A stretch of 64,000 nucleotides of DNA from Cyanophora paradoxa CCMP329 (taxonomy: Eukaryota; Plantae; Glaucophyta), in assembly GCA_004431415.1 (NCBI GenBank), contig QPMI01000590.1:83306-147305 (forward strand), given 5' to 3'. The notes under the pieces are model-generated. The model did no database searches. It was not told the origin of the DNA and saw nothing but the letters and a program-made list of their open reading frames with translations. A program made the position numbers and the translations under genes. Shown piece by piece: positions 1 to 12,500 of the stretch; position 1 is the first letter of the stretch, and the number at the start of each line of letters is the position of its first letter.

Positions 1-504
1 TTGTGCGTCGAGCTTTGGCACCGCTGCGCCGAGCTCAACATTATCCTTTGCGCTCGGCACATTCCCGGCATACGGAACTGTTGGGCAGACGCCGCCTCGC
101 GTGAGCTTTGCCCGCGACTCCACCGTGAACTTTTCGTGGCCGCCTGCCGGGCAGCAGGATGCAAGCTCATACATGAGCACGTCGCCGACGACGACAGCAC
201 CTGGCTCGCGGCCACCCGCCCCGACCGCACGGCTCTCTTAACGGTCGACTCGCGCCTCCGTGCGCGACTGATCGCGTCATTAGCGTTGCAACCGCCCACG
301 GCGCCGCTGGCCCTTCTCTTGCCCTGGCAGCCCAGCACAACTTGGGCGGTGGCGCTAGCGGACCTCTGGCGGGACCCCGCAGTTCAGGCGGCGTCACTCC
401 GTCCGCGGCCAGCGCATGCCTTCTTCGCGAAACCGAAGCAGGCAAACTGCATCGGCCTCGGGCGCTGCCCGTGGCCTTTCGTACTGACGTGGTGGCAGGC
501 GTAA
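1..504 (+). CDS. C-terminus of RT/RNase H polyprotein with degenerate adenine-methyltransferase-like domain (partial)
   Basis: HIPGIRNCWADAASR matches the DIRS-type RNase H motif HIPGxxNxxADxLSR; LLLPWQPSTTW resembles the LVxPxWPxxxW motif of DIRS/PAT MT domains. Confidence 0.8.
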   Translation: MCVELWHRCAELNIILCARHIPGIRNCWADAASRELCPRLHRELFVAACRAAGCKLIHEHVADDDSTWLAATRPDRTALLTVDSRLRARLIASLALQPPTAPLALLLPWQPSTTWAVALADLWRDPAVQAASLRPRPAHAFFAKPKQANCIGLGRCPWPFVLTWWQA

Positions 505-699
505 CGTTAAACGCCGACCACCGCCTACACGCAATATATATATATATAGATGCAGATATATATATAACTCGATCGTATACATCCGCAAAATTATATATGT
601 AGTCTTGAAGACGTCGACGCGGAGCACGTGGCTGATGTGCACGGTCGTCTCCCGCGCGCAGGCCCGCCGGCACCACGCGCACGACGCACGGCTCGCCTC

Positions 700-1692
700 A
701 TGATCAGTGATGCCCTTGCGGAACTCGCGCGCTGGCGGGAGGCGGCCTGGGCCGCCCGCACCAACCAAGCAGCGACCCGCGTCTGGCGACGTTACCTCGA
801 CTTCTTGGCAACGACGCCGGGCAAGTGGCACCCCGCCGACGAGAAAGCGGTCCTGCTCTTCCTGGCGTCCGCGGCCCATTCAAGGAACGAGGCGACTGGA
901 CAGCCTCTGGCCCCCAGCACGATCCAGGGCATGGCGGCTCACATCTGGCGCATTCTCAAGGCCGAGCGCCTCATTGACCCCAACGAGCCCCGTTCTTGGG
1001 AGTACCTGCGCGCGATCCGGGGCATGACTCGGGCGCTGGGTCGCCCCCCGGCGCAAAAGCGACCCCTCGGGCTATCCCAGCTCCTCTCCTGGACCAACAC
1101 GGCCGAGTTCCAGGCCCTGGCCCCTTTTGACAGGCTGTCGCGCCTGGCGCTAATGTCGCTTGGAATCAGCGGCCTCCTCCGGATCTCCGAGGTTGCCGCT
1201 CTTCGTCAGGGCGACGTCGTTCCCGTCCGATCGTCAAGCGGGCGAGTGCTTCTGCGTGTCACGGTTGCACGCTCAAAGACGGACCAAGTTGGTCACGGCG
1301 AGCACATCCTGGTCGCGTCAGCGCCAGCCGCGGGCCGAGCCTGCCCGGTTCGGGCGACAGCAACGTACGTCAACGCGGTCAACCGCATTTACGGCCCCCG
1401 CCCGCCTTCGGCTCCATTTTTTCTGCGCGGCCCCCCGGGTGCCGCTGGAAGCTACACGGACGATCTCGGCCGCGCCATCATTAAGCAGTGCGCTTGTGAC
1501 CTCGGGCTTGATCCGGATGACTACTCGGGTCATAGCCTTCGACGCGGCGGCGCCCGTTCGGCGGCGCGAGGTGGCGCCTCCGCCACATGGCTGCGCCGCC
1601 ACGGCCGCTGGGCGCTGACCTCAATGGTCCCTCAGCGCTATGTTGACGACTACACTCTCGCAATTGAGACCGAGGGCGTTGCTTTCGCCTAG
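700..1692 (+). CDS. Tyrosine recombinase of YR retrotransposon
   Basis: Full catalytic set: GLLRISE (R), RSKTDQ (K), GHSLRRGGA (HxxR), HGRW, RYV (Y). First ATG at 700; frame open from 628. Confidence 0.95.
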   Translation: MISDALAELARWREAAWAARTNQAATRVWRRYLDFLATTPGKWHPADEKAVLLFLASAAHSRNEATGQPLAPSTIQGMAAHIWRILKAERLIDPNEPRSWEYLRAIRGMTRALGRPPAQKRPLGLSQLLSWTNTAEFQALAPFDRLSRLALMSLGISGLLRISEVAALRQGDVVPVRSSSGRVLLRVTVARSKTDQVGHGEHILVASAPAAGRACPVRATATYVNAVNRIYGPRPPSAPFFLRGPPGAAGSYTDDLGRAIIKQCACDLGLDPDDYSGHSLRRGGARSAARGGASATWLRRHGRWALTSMVPQRYVDDYTLAIETEGVAFA

Positions 1693-1776
1693 GGATCTTG
1701 TGCTTTCAATGTACATGACTCACAATCGAACTTGTATATTGATCGAGCTGCTGCTGCTTGAGACCTGGCTTGTGTT

Positions 1777-2223
1777 TGGTGTGTGCCCGGCGGGCGAAGC
1801 CCGCCGGCCCCACCTTCTAATTTCCCTAAGCCTTGATCGCTGCACTTACCAGCGATCGCTGTACCCCTCTTCCCGCGACGGTACCCCGATCACGGGAGCA
1901 GGACTAGCCTGAGGTTCCCGCCTGACGGCACGAACCTGGGGGTACAGCATTTTCTCCCAACTCGCAGTAGCTCGTTAGAAAAAAGCACTTGATGTCGACC
2001 CCTGGGGAAGCATCAGCCGGTATCCTCGGCTTGAGAGGACTGATAAACCGTGATTTCAACACGGTGGAAGGCCCTCTCCGGTTCGCGTCGCGAACCGTGC
2101 TCCCCAACTGCAAAGTAGACAGAAACGCAGTTGATGGTAGAGAAAAGTGAAATATTCTAGTGTGTTCAAATAATCTAGTACATCTCGAGTACGGCGAAAA
2201 AGCACGTGAGGCCACGCATAAAG
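1777..2223 (+). repeat. Split direct repeat B1 (447 bp)
   Basis: Identical by eye to 2977-3423, offset exactly 1200; ORFs 1904..2215 and 3104..3415 are identical. Confidence 0.95.
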
Positions 2224-2976
2224 CGCATTATGCGCGGAGCGTAGAATAAGATTTGTGCGAGCCGTCAGTGCCCCAGCCGAGACTCGAAGGAATTATTATT
2301 TTTTGGCCGCACGAACCGCGGGTTCGACTCCGTAGCGCGGTCAAGGCCAAAAATAAATTCTCGCACCTTTGCATGCGAGGCCGCCGGCCAGAAGGCCGCG
2401 AAAAAAGGCGGCGGGCTGACAAGTAACAGCTCTCGGCTCCTAGACCGCCTAAGTGGGTACTAGCCTGATGAGCTAGCCTTCAGACAACGGCGAGACTTTC
2501 CGCAAGGAGGCCCTCTAAGAGCCTTGCGACGAAAAGTCCTTATAATAAAGAGCCCAGCACCGGCATCTAGGAGCCTGCCCCCATCGGCTGAGAGCCCGTG
2601 CCACTAGCTAAGAGCTGGCACCCACAGCAGAGAGCTCAGCCGCCTAAGAGCTCGGCGCAAAATTTGCGAGCTGCGCTTCCGAGAGAAGAGAGCATTTGCT
2701 CTGAGAAATCTAGCTGTCTTGCTAGAAGGCAGCACCTTAGACGTGCTGCACCTTAGTCTGCGCGAATCGCCTCGCGCCCACCCACCCACACCTCTAGAGA
2801 TCGAGCCCCATTGGAGTTCGCTCCAGGGGACAGGGCAGGAGGATATGGCAAAGTCAAACTCGTTTTTCGCGACGACCTGTTTTCAAAACGGCCGCGCTTC
2901 GAGATTTACACTCCTTTCTTAAGGATAGTACTTTGCTGGCATTCTGAACCTGGCCCCCACGTTCAGTCATGCGGTG

Positions 2977-3423
2977 TGGTGTGTGCCCGGCGGGCGAAGC
3001 CCGCCGGCCCCACCTTCTAATTTCCCTAAGCCTTGATCGCTGCACTTACCAGCGATCGCTGTACCCCTCTTCCCGCGACGGTACCCCGATCACGGGAGCA
3101 GGACTAGCCTGAGGTTCCCGCCTGACGGCACGAACCTGGGGGTACAGCATTTTCTCCCAACTCGCAGTAGCTCGTTAGAAAAAAGCACTTGATGTCGACC
3201 CCTGGGGAAGCATCAGCCGGTATCCTCGGCTTGAGAGGACTGATAAACCGTGATTTCAACACGGTGGAAGGCCCTCTCCGGTTCGCGTCGCGAACCGTGC
3301 TCCCCAACTGCAAAGTAGACAGAAACGCAGTTGATGGTAGAGAAAAGTGAAATATTCTAGTGTGTTCAAATAATCTAGTACATCTCGAGTACGGCGAAAA
3401 AGCACGTGAGGCCACGCATAAAA
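2977..3423 (+). repeat. Split direct repeat B2 (447 bp), element right end
   Basis: Second copy of 1777-2223. Confidence 0.95.
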
Positions 3424-3884
3424 ATGCCCTTCCCCGGACCCAACTGACGCGCGCGGCAAGTCAGTGGCCCTTTTATATTGCTTCTTGTAAGCTGACCGTC
3501 GGACGAGGCGTTCATGTGCATGGTGGAAATGAAACTTGAAAATCATGAAAATCACACGATATCGATATCTATCTCACTACATAAATATGCTTGTCCACAT
3601 GATTTACATCTCAGTAATATAGTACAGATCCGTGCGCATCGCGATTGAATGCGGAATTAAACTAGCTCTAATCTGACAGGACGGACTAAAATCGTTGAAA
3701 TGCACGCAATGCCGCGATATCGATGTACACGTGTGTTTAATAGAAACGTTAACCCTCCCTATAGCTAGGCCTGCAGCGGCCACTTAACAGGAGTACTTGC
3801 AATCGCAAACTTGAAAATCTAGTGCACCGATTCATCTATACTACGGGACGAGCCTGCGTGCGGCGCGTCGCGCGCGGTCCGGCG

Positions 3885-6800
3885 CTAGCCGGCCTGGATC
3901 TCGCTGACGCTGGAGCTGGCCATGGGGTGGACGGCGCCGGTGCCGGCGCCGGCGCGGGCGAGGCCGAAGAGGCGGGAGAAGAGGCCCGGGGCGCGGGCGG
4001 GGCGGGAGGCGCGGAGCTCGGCGAGGGCGGCGACGATGCGGGAGATGCGGGGGCAGTCGGCGGGGAAGGCCTCGGGGAAGCGCGTCCGGTAGATCTGCGC
4101 CGCCGTCGCCAAGTGGCCCGCCGCCTTCGCCTCCTTCCCTGCGCCCCGCCCGCCCCACCCGCGTCAGCGGCCGCGATCAGCGCTCCTCGGCCCCAGCCCC
4201 GCTGAATTGATCTCGCTCTGCTGTCATCAGCGGTGCGGCGGGGCGCACGGAGGGTAAGGTAAGTCTCGCCGAGCCAGAAGTGGTAGTGGGCCGTCAGCGG
4301 CGTCCGCATCTCCGGGTCGTTCCTCTGCGAACGAAGCGAGGCTCGCGGTCGCGGGCGGGGCGCCGGCGGGGGCGGGGCGCCGGCGCACGACGGAGGCGGC
4401 GAGGCCGAGGATGGTCCATTGGAGGATCGTCTTCGGCTTCACCATGTCCGAGTGCGTGCTGTGCGCCCCTCAGCAGAGCTCCACGGCGTCTATTATTTAA
4501 TGCCCGCTCAAAACATGTATATATATATACATTGCATGCTATAAAAACCAGATTTCAATATCCTTAGCACAGGATGATCTGATCATGAGTCTGCACTTGC
4601 AATTGTCGGGCTCTCTAGATTTGGAGCGCGGCTCACGTGCATCTACTAATATGACCGATATCGCTAGCGCTGGGGGCCGAGGAGGGGCGGGCGGCGGGGC
4701 GCACTTGCGGACGGAGAGGTTGGCGTTGACGTCGTTCTCGGGCAGCGCGGGGTCCCCCAGCGCGACCAGCTGCACCGCACCGCAGCGCCCGCTCGGTCGG
4801 TCCCTCGGTCCCTCCCGCGCGCCCGGCGGGCACGGGCACCTGCTGCACGACCGCCTGCCAGACGCGCCTCGCATCCGCCAGCCGCGAGGGGCCCGCCATG
4901 ATCAGGTTGAAGAACTGCCGCGGCGAGGCGCTCAATGTCGAGCGGGGCGCCGGGCGGCCGCGGGGCCGGCGCACGTGCATCGTCCGCATCCGAATGGTGA
5001 CCGTCCTGCACGCGCCGACGGCATCGAATCAGACGGGACGGACAGGCGAGCTCGCGTGCAGGGGGACGGGGACTCGAAGGGGGCGGACGTGTAGCCGGGC
5101 CCGAGCTGCTCGAGGATGGCGAGGGCGCGCTCCGAGGCCGCGATCGCCCCCTGCAGGTCCCCCCGCCACCGGCACGCCCCCACTGCCCGCCCCCGCCCCG
5201 CCCCGGCCCCCGCGATCAGCTGCAGGTCACGAGCAGTTGCAAGGACCCGAGCGGAAGGGAATTCGCGTCGAGGAATTTAACGGCGCGCATGCGCAAAACT
5301 TTTTCGAGATTGTCCACACTCTAAAGCTCGCGATCGAGAGAGTGTGGGCGTCGGTCGTCCTAGGCCTAGGCGTGCTGGAGCTCGAGGCCGTCCTGTGGCG
5401 CGCGCACCGCGGGTGAAGAGAGCGAGGTACTGCGAGTAGCGCGCCTCGGGGCTCTCCCCCTCCAGGTGGTACGCCTTCTCCGCCACTGCCCCCGGCCCGC
5501 CGATCGCAAAAGTCGATCAGAAACAACGAGGAGGTCGTCGCAAGGAGTGCATGCGCAGGCGCTCGGGATCTAGATTAGGCCTGCGGCAGTGGGGCGCCGC
5601 ACCGTGCATCGCGGAGCGCGTCTGCCCCGTGGTGACTGCGGGTTCAGAGGGCGTGAGCGCGCGTGCCGGCCGGGGGCGGCGCCGACGGGAGGGGCCGGCG
5701 GGGCCGCGGGGCCGCCGGGGCGCACAGAGGAGCTCGGTTAGGGGGGGGATGAGGGCCGCCTCGAGGGCCGAGGGGGTCATCTGCCGCTTCACGAGCTCCG
5801 CCCACGCCTGCGCCCCGGCCCCGCACGAGCGTTGACGTCGAGCGCTCATTGCATATTCGCGCGGGAGAGGGGCCGGCGGGCCTCGAAGTAGAGCCCGATG
5901 GCGTCCATCTTCTTCTCGTACTGCTCCCCCGGCGTCGGCCCCGGCCGGAGCGCTGGGCGGGGCGGGGCGGTGGCGGGGCGGGCGGACGCGGTCGAGGGTC
6001 ATGGCGCAGAAGAGGAGGGCCTTGGGGCGGAGGGCGCCCTCCGCCGCCCCCAGCTCCCCGCCCAGCAGCTGCACGCGCCCCACCAGCTGCGCCCCGCCCC
6101 GAAGCTCGGCGACGCTCTCACGGCCCCGGCCCGCAGCCCAACGCCGCGCCGCCGAGCTTCTTCGCGCACGCACGCGGGCGGCGAGGTCCAGCGGAGGGCG
6201 AAGAGGTCGTCGGCCGCGCGCGCCCGCTCCGCCGTGAACGCCTGCCCGCCCCGCCCGCCGCCCCGCGTCGGCCCCCAGCCCCCCGGGCAGGCCGCCGCGA
6301 GGCGCAGGGGCGAATTTTGAAGAAGCGCGGTAAGAAGCTCTTTATATAGCTAGACGATTTAAAGGCATCCTGGAAATCTTAGAGGAGACGAGCTCGTTGA
6401 GCTGGGGCGCGTGGAGCGCGGACCAGGACGAGGGCGGTGGCGTGGTCGACCATGAGCTCCGCCTCGGCCGGCGTCCACGCGGCCGGCGGGGAGCGCTGCA
6501 GGGCCGCCACCAGCGCCCGCACCACGCCCTGCGCCTGCCCCGCCCTCCCCCTCGCCCTCGGGAGCTCGAGGGGGCCGGCGGCCGGGGCGCACCATCCCGG
6601 GCTTCCCGACGGCGCGCATCGCGGCGAGCATGGCGCGGACGGCCGTGCGCCCCGCGAACGTGCGGAAGAGGCTCGTGCCGAGCAGCCGCGCGTCAGAGAG
6701 CGCCTGCGGCCGTCATGACCAGGCCGCCCTCGAATTTAATTTCGGCAATTGCAAGCGCCAGAGGGCGCACCGCCGCGAGCCGCTCGGCGAGCTCCATGGG

Positions 6801-7504
6801 CGGCCGCTCGCCGCTGCGGGTTCGAATTCGCTCGGGTCGGAGACCTCGGAGCCGGCGGGGCGCGCTGGCGGCGGGGCGGCACACACACACCTGCGGACCT
6901 CCCGCACGAAGACGTCGCCCACGGCCTCCACCTGCGCCCGCAGCGCCGCCGCCGCCGCGTCGTCCCGCATGACGTACGGCGGCAGCGAGCCCGACTGCCC
7001 GACGGGAAGCGCGGTAAGCGGCGCGGGAGGGCCGGCCGGGGACCTCGAGCTCTGGGCCTGCGCCCGGGCCGAGGGACGGGCGCGGGCGGGGTGGGCACCG
7101 GCTGCCGGAGGAGGCGCTGCTGGGCCTCGAGGTCCATCGGGGCCGCCTCGGGGAGCGGCGCGCCGTGCTCGGGCGTGGTGTTCGCCGCCGCCGCCGCGAG
7201 CTCGAGCGCCGTCGTCCCCGCGACGTGCATCACCCGGTCCAGGAACTCCGCGTCGTCCTCCGTGTCGCCGGACGTCGACGCGCTCAAGTTCGCAGTCGGC
7301 TCGATCTCCCTCGTCGCCACTTGCAGCATCCCTGCCGGCGCGCGCGCGGGCGCGCGTGCGTCGATCGTCGGCCGCGGCGGCGCGAGGCCGAGGGGCCGGC
7401 CCGGCGGCCGCGGCACCTTCGATGTCCGGGCCCCGTTCGGCATCCTGGTGCTCGAGCTCCTCGGGCTCGCCACGCGCGGCGTGCGAGTGCGCGTGCCCCG
7501 CCAT
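3885..7504 (-). CDS. Multi-exon helical-repeat (TPR-like) protein of unknown function; 5' end uncertain
   Basis: Exon-like segments separated by short GC-rich introns ending in CAG. TPR-like peptides: GDLQGAIAASERALAILEQLG and AHYHFWLGETYLTL|RKEAKAAGHLATAAQIY. Stop at 3885. Confidence 0.55.
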
Positions 7505-9476
7505 GCCCCGTTGTAATATAATTTAGGCTCGCTGACGCTGAGGCCTTCTGGACTTGGCTCGAGCGTGGAACGGTCCCAATTGCAACGCGCACTTGGAAGG
7601 CCCGCACTGCGGCAGCTGGTAACGCGAGTGGCTCTAGATCTGAAGTCTGGTGCCGGTCACCGAGCACAAATACGGGACGCGCCGGGTCGACGCGTTTGCT
7701 CGAGCTCCGGTCCCCGGGCCGCTGCTCGGCCTGCGACCCTAGGCCTGCCCTGCCCGATCGCGACCGCAGCGCTTTCGACGAGCTACCGGTAGCTGATCAC
7801 TGATGCCATGATGATCAGAGCCTTCTGATCAGAGCCGCCGCGGCGCAGTGCGCACGTCCATTAATATTGCAGAAGCAGCCTAGGCCTGAGGAGTCTGCTG
7901 CAGGACTCCACGTTAACGGGTTTCTTTGCCGGCGTACCCCCAGCTATCACTGAACTTGTCATGACTCATGATCAGTCACATCATCAGTGTTGTCACTACT
8001 TGTCAGTGTAACTTGTCACTGAAGTTGTCAGCCTGGCAGACGGACTCAGCTGCAGAGACCCTAGGTGAGGCTAGGTCCCGAACTATATATTATACACTGT
8101 ATCATCTGTATGGGTGGTTGAGTTCGACCTCGAAGCCTCCAAGGAGGTCGAGTCTTTTTTCAAATCACTTTCAAGTCTATTTTCTGAAATGTACAAAAAA
8201 TCCATGGGTCCGCCCAATAAGAGGCTAAGAAATAGGTGAGAAATTGCCAATTTTTTGCAAGCTTTTAAGAGACTGCTAAGATCCTATCCGTTCGGACCCC
8301 ACAGCCAATCAAAAGCCCTCTCTTTGTACCGAGTACCTTCTCGTTCCGTGAATCGCCGCCAATCGCAAGCGCGCCTCCATTCTCCGTGCACGAACGACGA
8401 ACGACGAACGATCGCGGCGTGCGTCGCGTGCAGAGATGGTATTCCGAATTAACCCAAAAATGGACCATTTCGGAAACGTTTCCGAAATATTTCGGAAATA
8501 TTTCCGAAATATTTCCGATATCAGGGGCCCCTCCCGAGGGCCCTTCTGCTGATGCCTGACGCTCCCTTTAACCTTCTTATGCTTTCTCTTATTGGTAACA
8601 GTCCAGTTTCGTGTCTTCCGGATCATCAGAACATGCGACAGTACAAAAGGGAAATTCACACCTCGTACCCCCTGCCAGCCTTGTTGGCGGCTGAGTTCCG
8701 GTTCTAGACGTCTACGATAGACTCCTATCGTGTTGTATAACCTTTCTATCACGTTTCCTATCATTTTAATGCGTTGTTTCGCCGTGTTTCGTGCAGAATG
8801 TGGCAAAAGGAGGGTACCCCCCTTTTTTAGAAACAATTCCTAATTAGGGGGGTCTCTCGGGACCTTTTCGGAAACAATTTCGAAATTGATTTCGAAATTG
8901 TTTACAAGCCCACACTCACGTGTGGTAAGCCCTGCCAATGCATGCCTGCTCGCTCAGCCTCCCTGTCTGTCTGCCTGATGGGGCTTAGATGGCTGCCTGC
9001 GGGTCCACGCCGCCAGTGAGCCCCCCCATGAGCTGCCAGGCTGCATGCCTCTGCCTCGCCCTGAGAGCCTCGCCGCCGCCCGTGGGGCCTCCACTCTGTC
9101 CACCAAGCCGCTGAGCCACGCCGCCAGGCCACCGCGCTCCGAGGCTGCACCCCACCCGGCGAGCCATGGCGCTGCGGCGCCCGGCGGCTGCCCCGCGCGC
9201 CTCCGCTCTGCCCGGCGAGCCACGCCGCCGCCCCTGGTGCCTCCGCCCCGTCCACCAAGTCACGCCGCCAGGCCGCTGCGCTCCGAGGCTGCGCTCCGCC
9301 TGGCGAGCCAGCGCCCCCGGGCCCGCCGCCACGTGCACGTGCACCTTATTCACCGCAGCGATATATTGGTACCGGCCGGGGTCGATGGAGGTCGAGCTCG
9401 AGCTCGAGGTTAGAGATATTAATATATATATATATATATATATATATTGGTTGGTGGAGCTCGAGCTCGAGGTGAA

Positions 9477-9517
9477 ATCTAGGGGGGGATATATATATAT
9501 ATATATCCCCCCTAGAT
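9477..9517. repeat. Near-perfect palindrome ATCTA-G7-(AT)n-C6-TAGAT beside an (AT)n microsatellite
   Basis: Seen directly; lies at the left edge of the satellite block. Confidence 0.8.
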
Positions 9518-9529
9518 CTCCAAATTTGG

Positions 9530-12500
9530 TGTCGACTGGGTTCTTGTGCTCTTCGAATTCGGCCCCCAGAGAGCTTGCGCAAAGCTTGGAAAAGCTCTAA
9601 AATGATTAATGTATGGATGGGCATGCGTGAGGATGCGAGGGCGCGCGGAAAGATGGGCAGGTTCGTCAAGGATCGAATTCTCGGGGTCGGCTGGGTCCTC
9701 GCGGCCCAGCGCATCTGCAAAGCGCGCGGAAGGGTTTGTCTATATCTCAAATGCTTATACTATTGTTCCGCGCATGCGCCGCGGCGTGGGCGCGCGGAAA
9801 GATGTCCAGGGCTGTGCAGGATCGAATTTTTGCCGAACGGGAGCCTTCCTGCGCTGTTCCGGCCCCGAAAACCGGATATCTGGAGTGCGCAAGCCGTGCT
9901 ATGTCTATGCGCGCGAGAACGCATCGATTGCGCGCGTCGCGGGACAGGGCGGGACCGGCTGGGTCAAAGTTTCGGCCGATTCTTCGCACTGGAGTCTCGA
10001 CGGCGCCCGAAATCGAGCTTGCAGCGGTGCGCACGCCCTTGGCTCTCATTCTGTACCGCTCTGGGGGGTTTCTGGTGCGCTTTCGTCGCGGGACCGGGCG
10101 GGACCGGGTCCCACATTTTGGGATTTCGTGATCGAAGCGGGGTATAAATATCGGAATCGATCTGCGAGAGAAATTCGATTTTCGCTCGACGCCCACGGGA
10201 GAGCGGTCGTCTTAGGGAAGCCAGGATCGAAATTGATTCATGACAGCTCTCGAGATTGCAGCGTACAAGTTCGAGATAAGATCCATGGGAGAGCGGTCGT
10301 CTTAGGGAAGCCAGGATCGAAATTGATTCATGACAGCTCTCGAGATTGCAGCGTACAAGTTCGAGATAAGATCCATGAGACAGGGTCGATGGAAAGTTGC
10401 GTGACGTCATCGTCGAGGTAAGTGCGTGAATTGATTCAGGACGAGTACTGGGCGAACACGTGGGACGGACGTAACCTGGAAGTTACAGGAATTTCGCTCG
10501 CCGAGGGCTAGGAGATCTAGAGTGTTGAGGGGAGGGGCGAGGTTCTCGTGGCCAGGCGCATGCGCAGAGCTTATAAATCGCTTAAACAGAATCTTGGATG
10601 CGTACAGGATCGATATCCAGGGCTGCGGAGGCGAGGGCGCGCGGAAATATGTGAAGGCCTGTCCAGGATCGAAATTTTCGCGTCGGCTGGGTTCTCGTGC
10701 TCTGTCGCGGCCGCAGAACTTGCGAAAGGCTTCGTTTAGATCTCAAATGATTACTCTAGCGTTGGACATGGGTGAGGACGCGAGGACGCGCGGAAAGATG
10801 CACAGGTCCGTCCAGGATCGAATTTTCGGGGACGGCTGGGTCCTCGCAGCCCGGCGCATTTAGAGACCGTGCGGAAAGCTTCTTCTACATCTCAAATGCT
10901 TATACTATTGCTCTGCGCATGCGCCGCGGCGTTGGCGCGCGGAAAGGTGCCCGGGGCTGTGCAGGATCGAATTTTTGATGTCGGACACCTTCCTGCGCTG
11001 TGCCGGCTCCGAAAAGCGGATATCTGGAGTGCGCAGGCCGTGCTATGTCTATGCGCGCCAGTACGCATCGATTGCGCGCGTCGTGGGACCGGTCGGAACC
11101 GGCAGGATCGAAATTTCGGCCGGCTCTCTGGACTGGAGCTTCGAGGGCGGCCGAAATCGAGCTTGTCGCGATGCGCGCGCTCTTGGCTGTCATTCTGACC
11201 GCTCTGGGGCGTCCCTGGCGCGCTTTCGTCGCGGGACCGGGTCCCACTTTTTGGAGTTTCGCGATCGAGGCGGGGTATAAATACCGGAATCGATCCATGA
11301 GGGAAATTCGATTTTCGCCCGACGCCCAAGAGGGGAGCTATGAGTACGGAAATAAATCAGTGGAGGTTGGCCGACTGTCAGTTCTACTGTGTCACGTCGG
11401 AGACCGTTCGCCTTCATTGCGGAGGTTGCGACTCTGGACGCTCGGACCAATCGGACTCGAGTGGAAAAAAAATAAATGGGCACGTTCACCATCGATCAAC
11501 GGACAAGATCCGTGCTCCTGCGGAGCACTAAGTACGGCGAAGCCTCGCGGACGCCCTCGCGGCTGTCACAGTAGGCCTATAGGGCACTGGCCAGCGGCCT
11601 GGCCGATCGCGAACAGCTTTCTGGTTGGAAGCTGGCCGGCTGACGGCCAGTCCAGCTACCGCTGGCCGGCTAGAGGAATATAACTAGAGGAATATTAATG
11701 TACTGAGGAAATAAAGGGAGGCCGGAGCAGGTTGAGATTAGAGGAGATGAATTATATATAATATTGTTGAGAGGGAGGCCCGGGAGGGGCAAGGTTCTCG
11801 CGGCCAGGCGCATGCACAGAGCTTGCGAATCGCTTAAACAGAATCTTGAATGCATATAGCTATAGCATCGATGTGCGGGGCTGCGGAGCTCGAGGCGAGG
11901 GCGCGCGGAAAGATGTGCAGGTCCATGCAGGATCGAATTTTCGGGGTCGGCTGGGTCCTCGCGGCCCGTCGCATACGCAAAGCGTGCGGAAGACTTTGCC
12001 TACATCTTAAATGCTTATGCTATCGTTCCGCGCATGCGCCGCGGCGTGGGCGCGCGGAAAGATGTCAGGGCGCGTGCAGGATCGAATTTTGGCCGTCGGG
12101 TACCTTCCTGCGCTGTTCCGGCTCCGAAAAGCGGATTTCGGGGGTGCGCAGGCCCTGCTATGTCCATGCGCGCCAGTACGCATCGATTGCGCGCGTCGCG
12201 GGACCGGGCGGGACCGGCTAGCGCTGGATCAAATTTTCGGCCGACTCTTCGCACTGGAGCGTCGACGGCGCTTGAAATCGAGCTTGCGGCGATGCGCTCG
12301 CCCTCGCGCGGCATTCTGTATCGTTCTGGGGCGTCCCTGGCGCGATTTCGTCGCGGGACCGGGCGGGACCGGGTCCCACCTTCTGACTCGGACTGCATTT
12401 GTCGGAGGTTAAGTACCGGAATTGATCCAGAGGGAAATTCGATTTTCGCGCGACGCCCACGGGCGAGCGGTCGTCTTAGGGGAGCCACGACGCTAAAAAT

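Larger units (their letters stand above)
1..3423 (+). mobile_element. Tyrosine-recombinase retrotransposon (DIRS order, PAT/Ngaro-type split direct repeats); 5' part outside window
   Basis: RNase H + MT-like ORF, then a YR ORF, then a 447-bp repeat, a 753-bp spacer and the same repeat again. This is the B1-A2-B2 layout of PAT/Ngaro right ends. Confidence 0.9.

Noticed and set aside
8465-8903. MITE bounded by TTTCGGAAA/TTTCCGAAA palindromic arrays
   Set aside because: No clear terminal inverted repeat pair or TSD; may be products of the palindrome-generating process.
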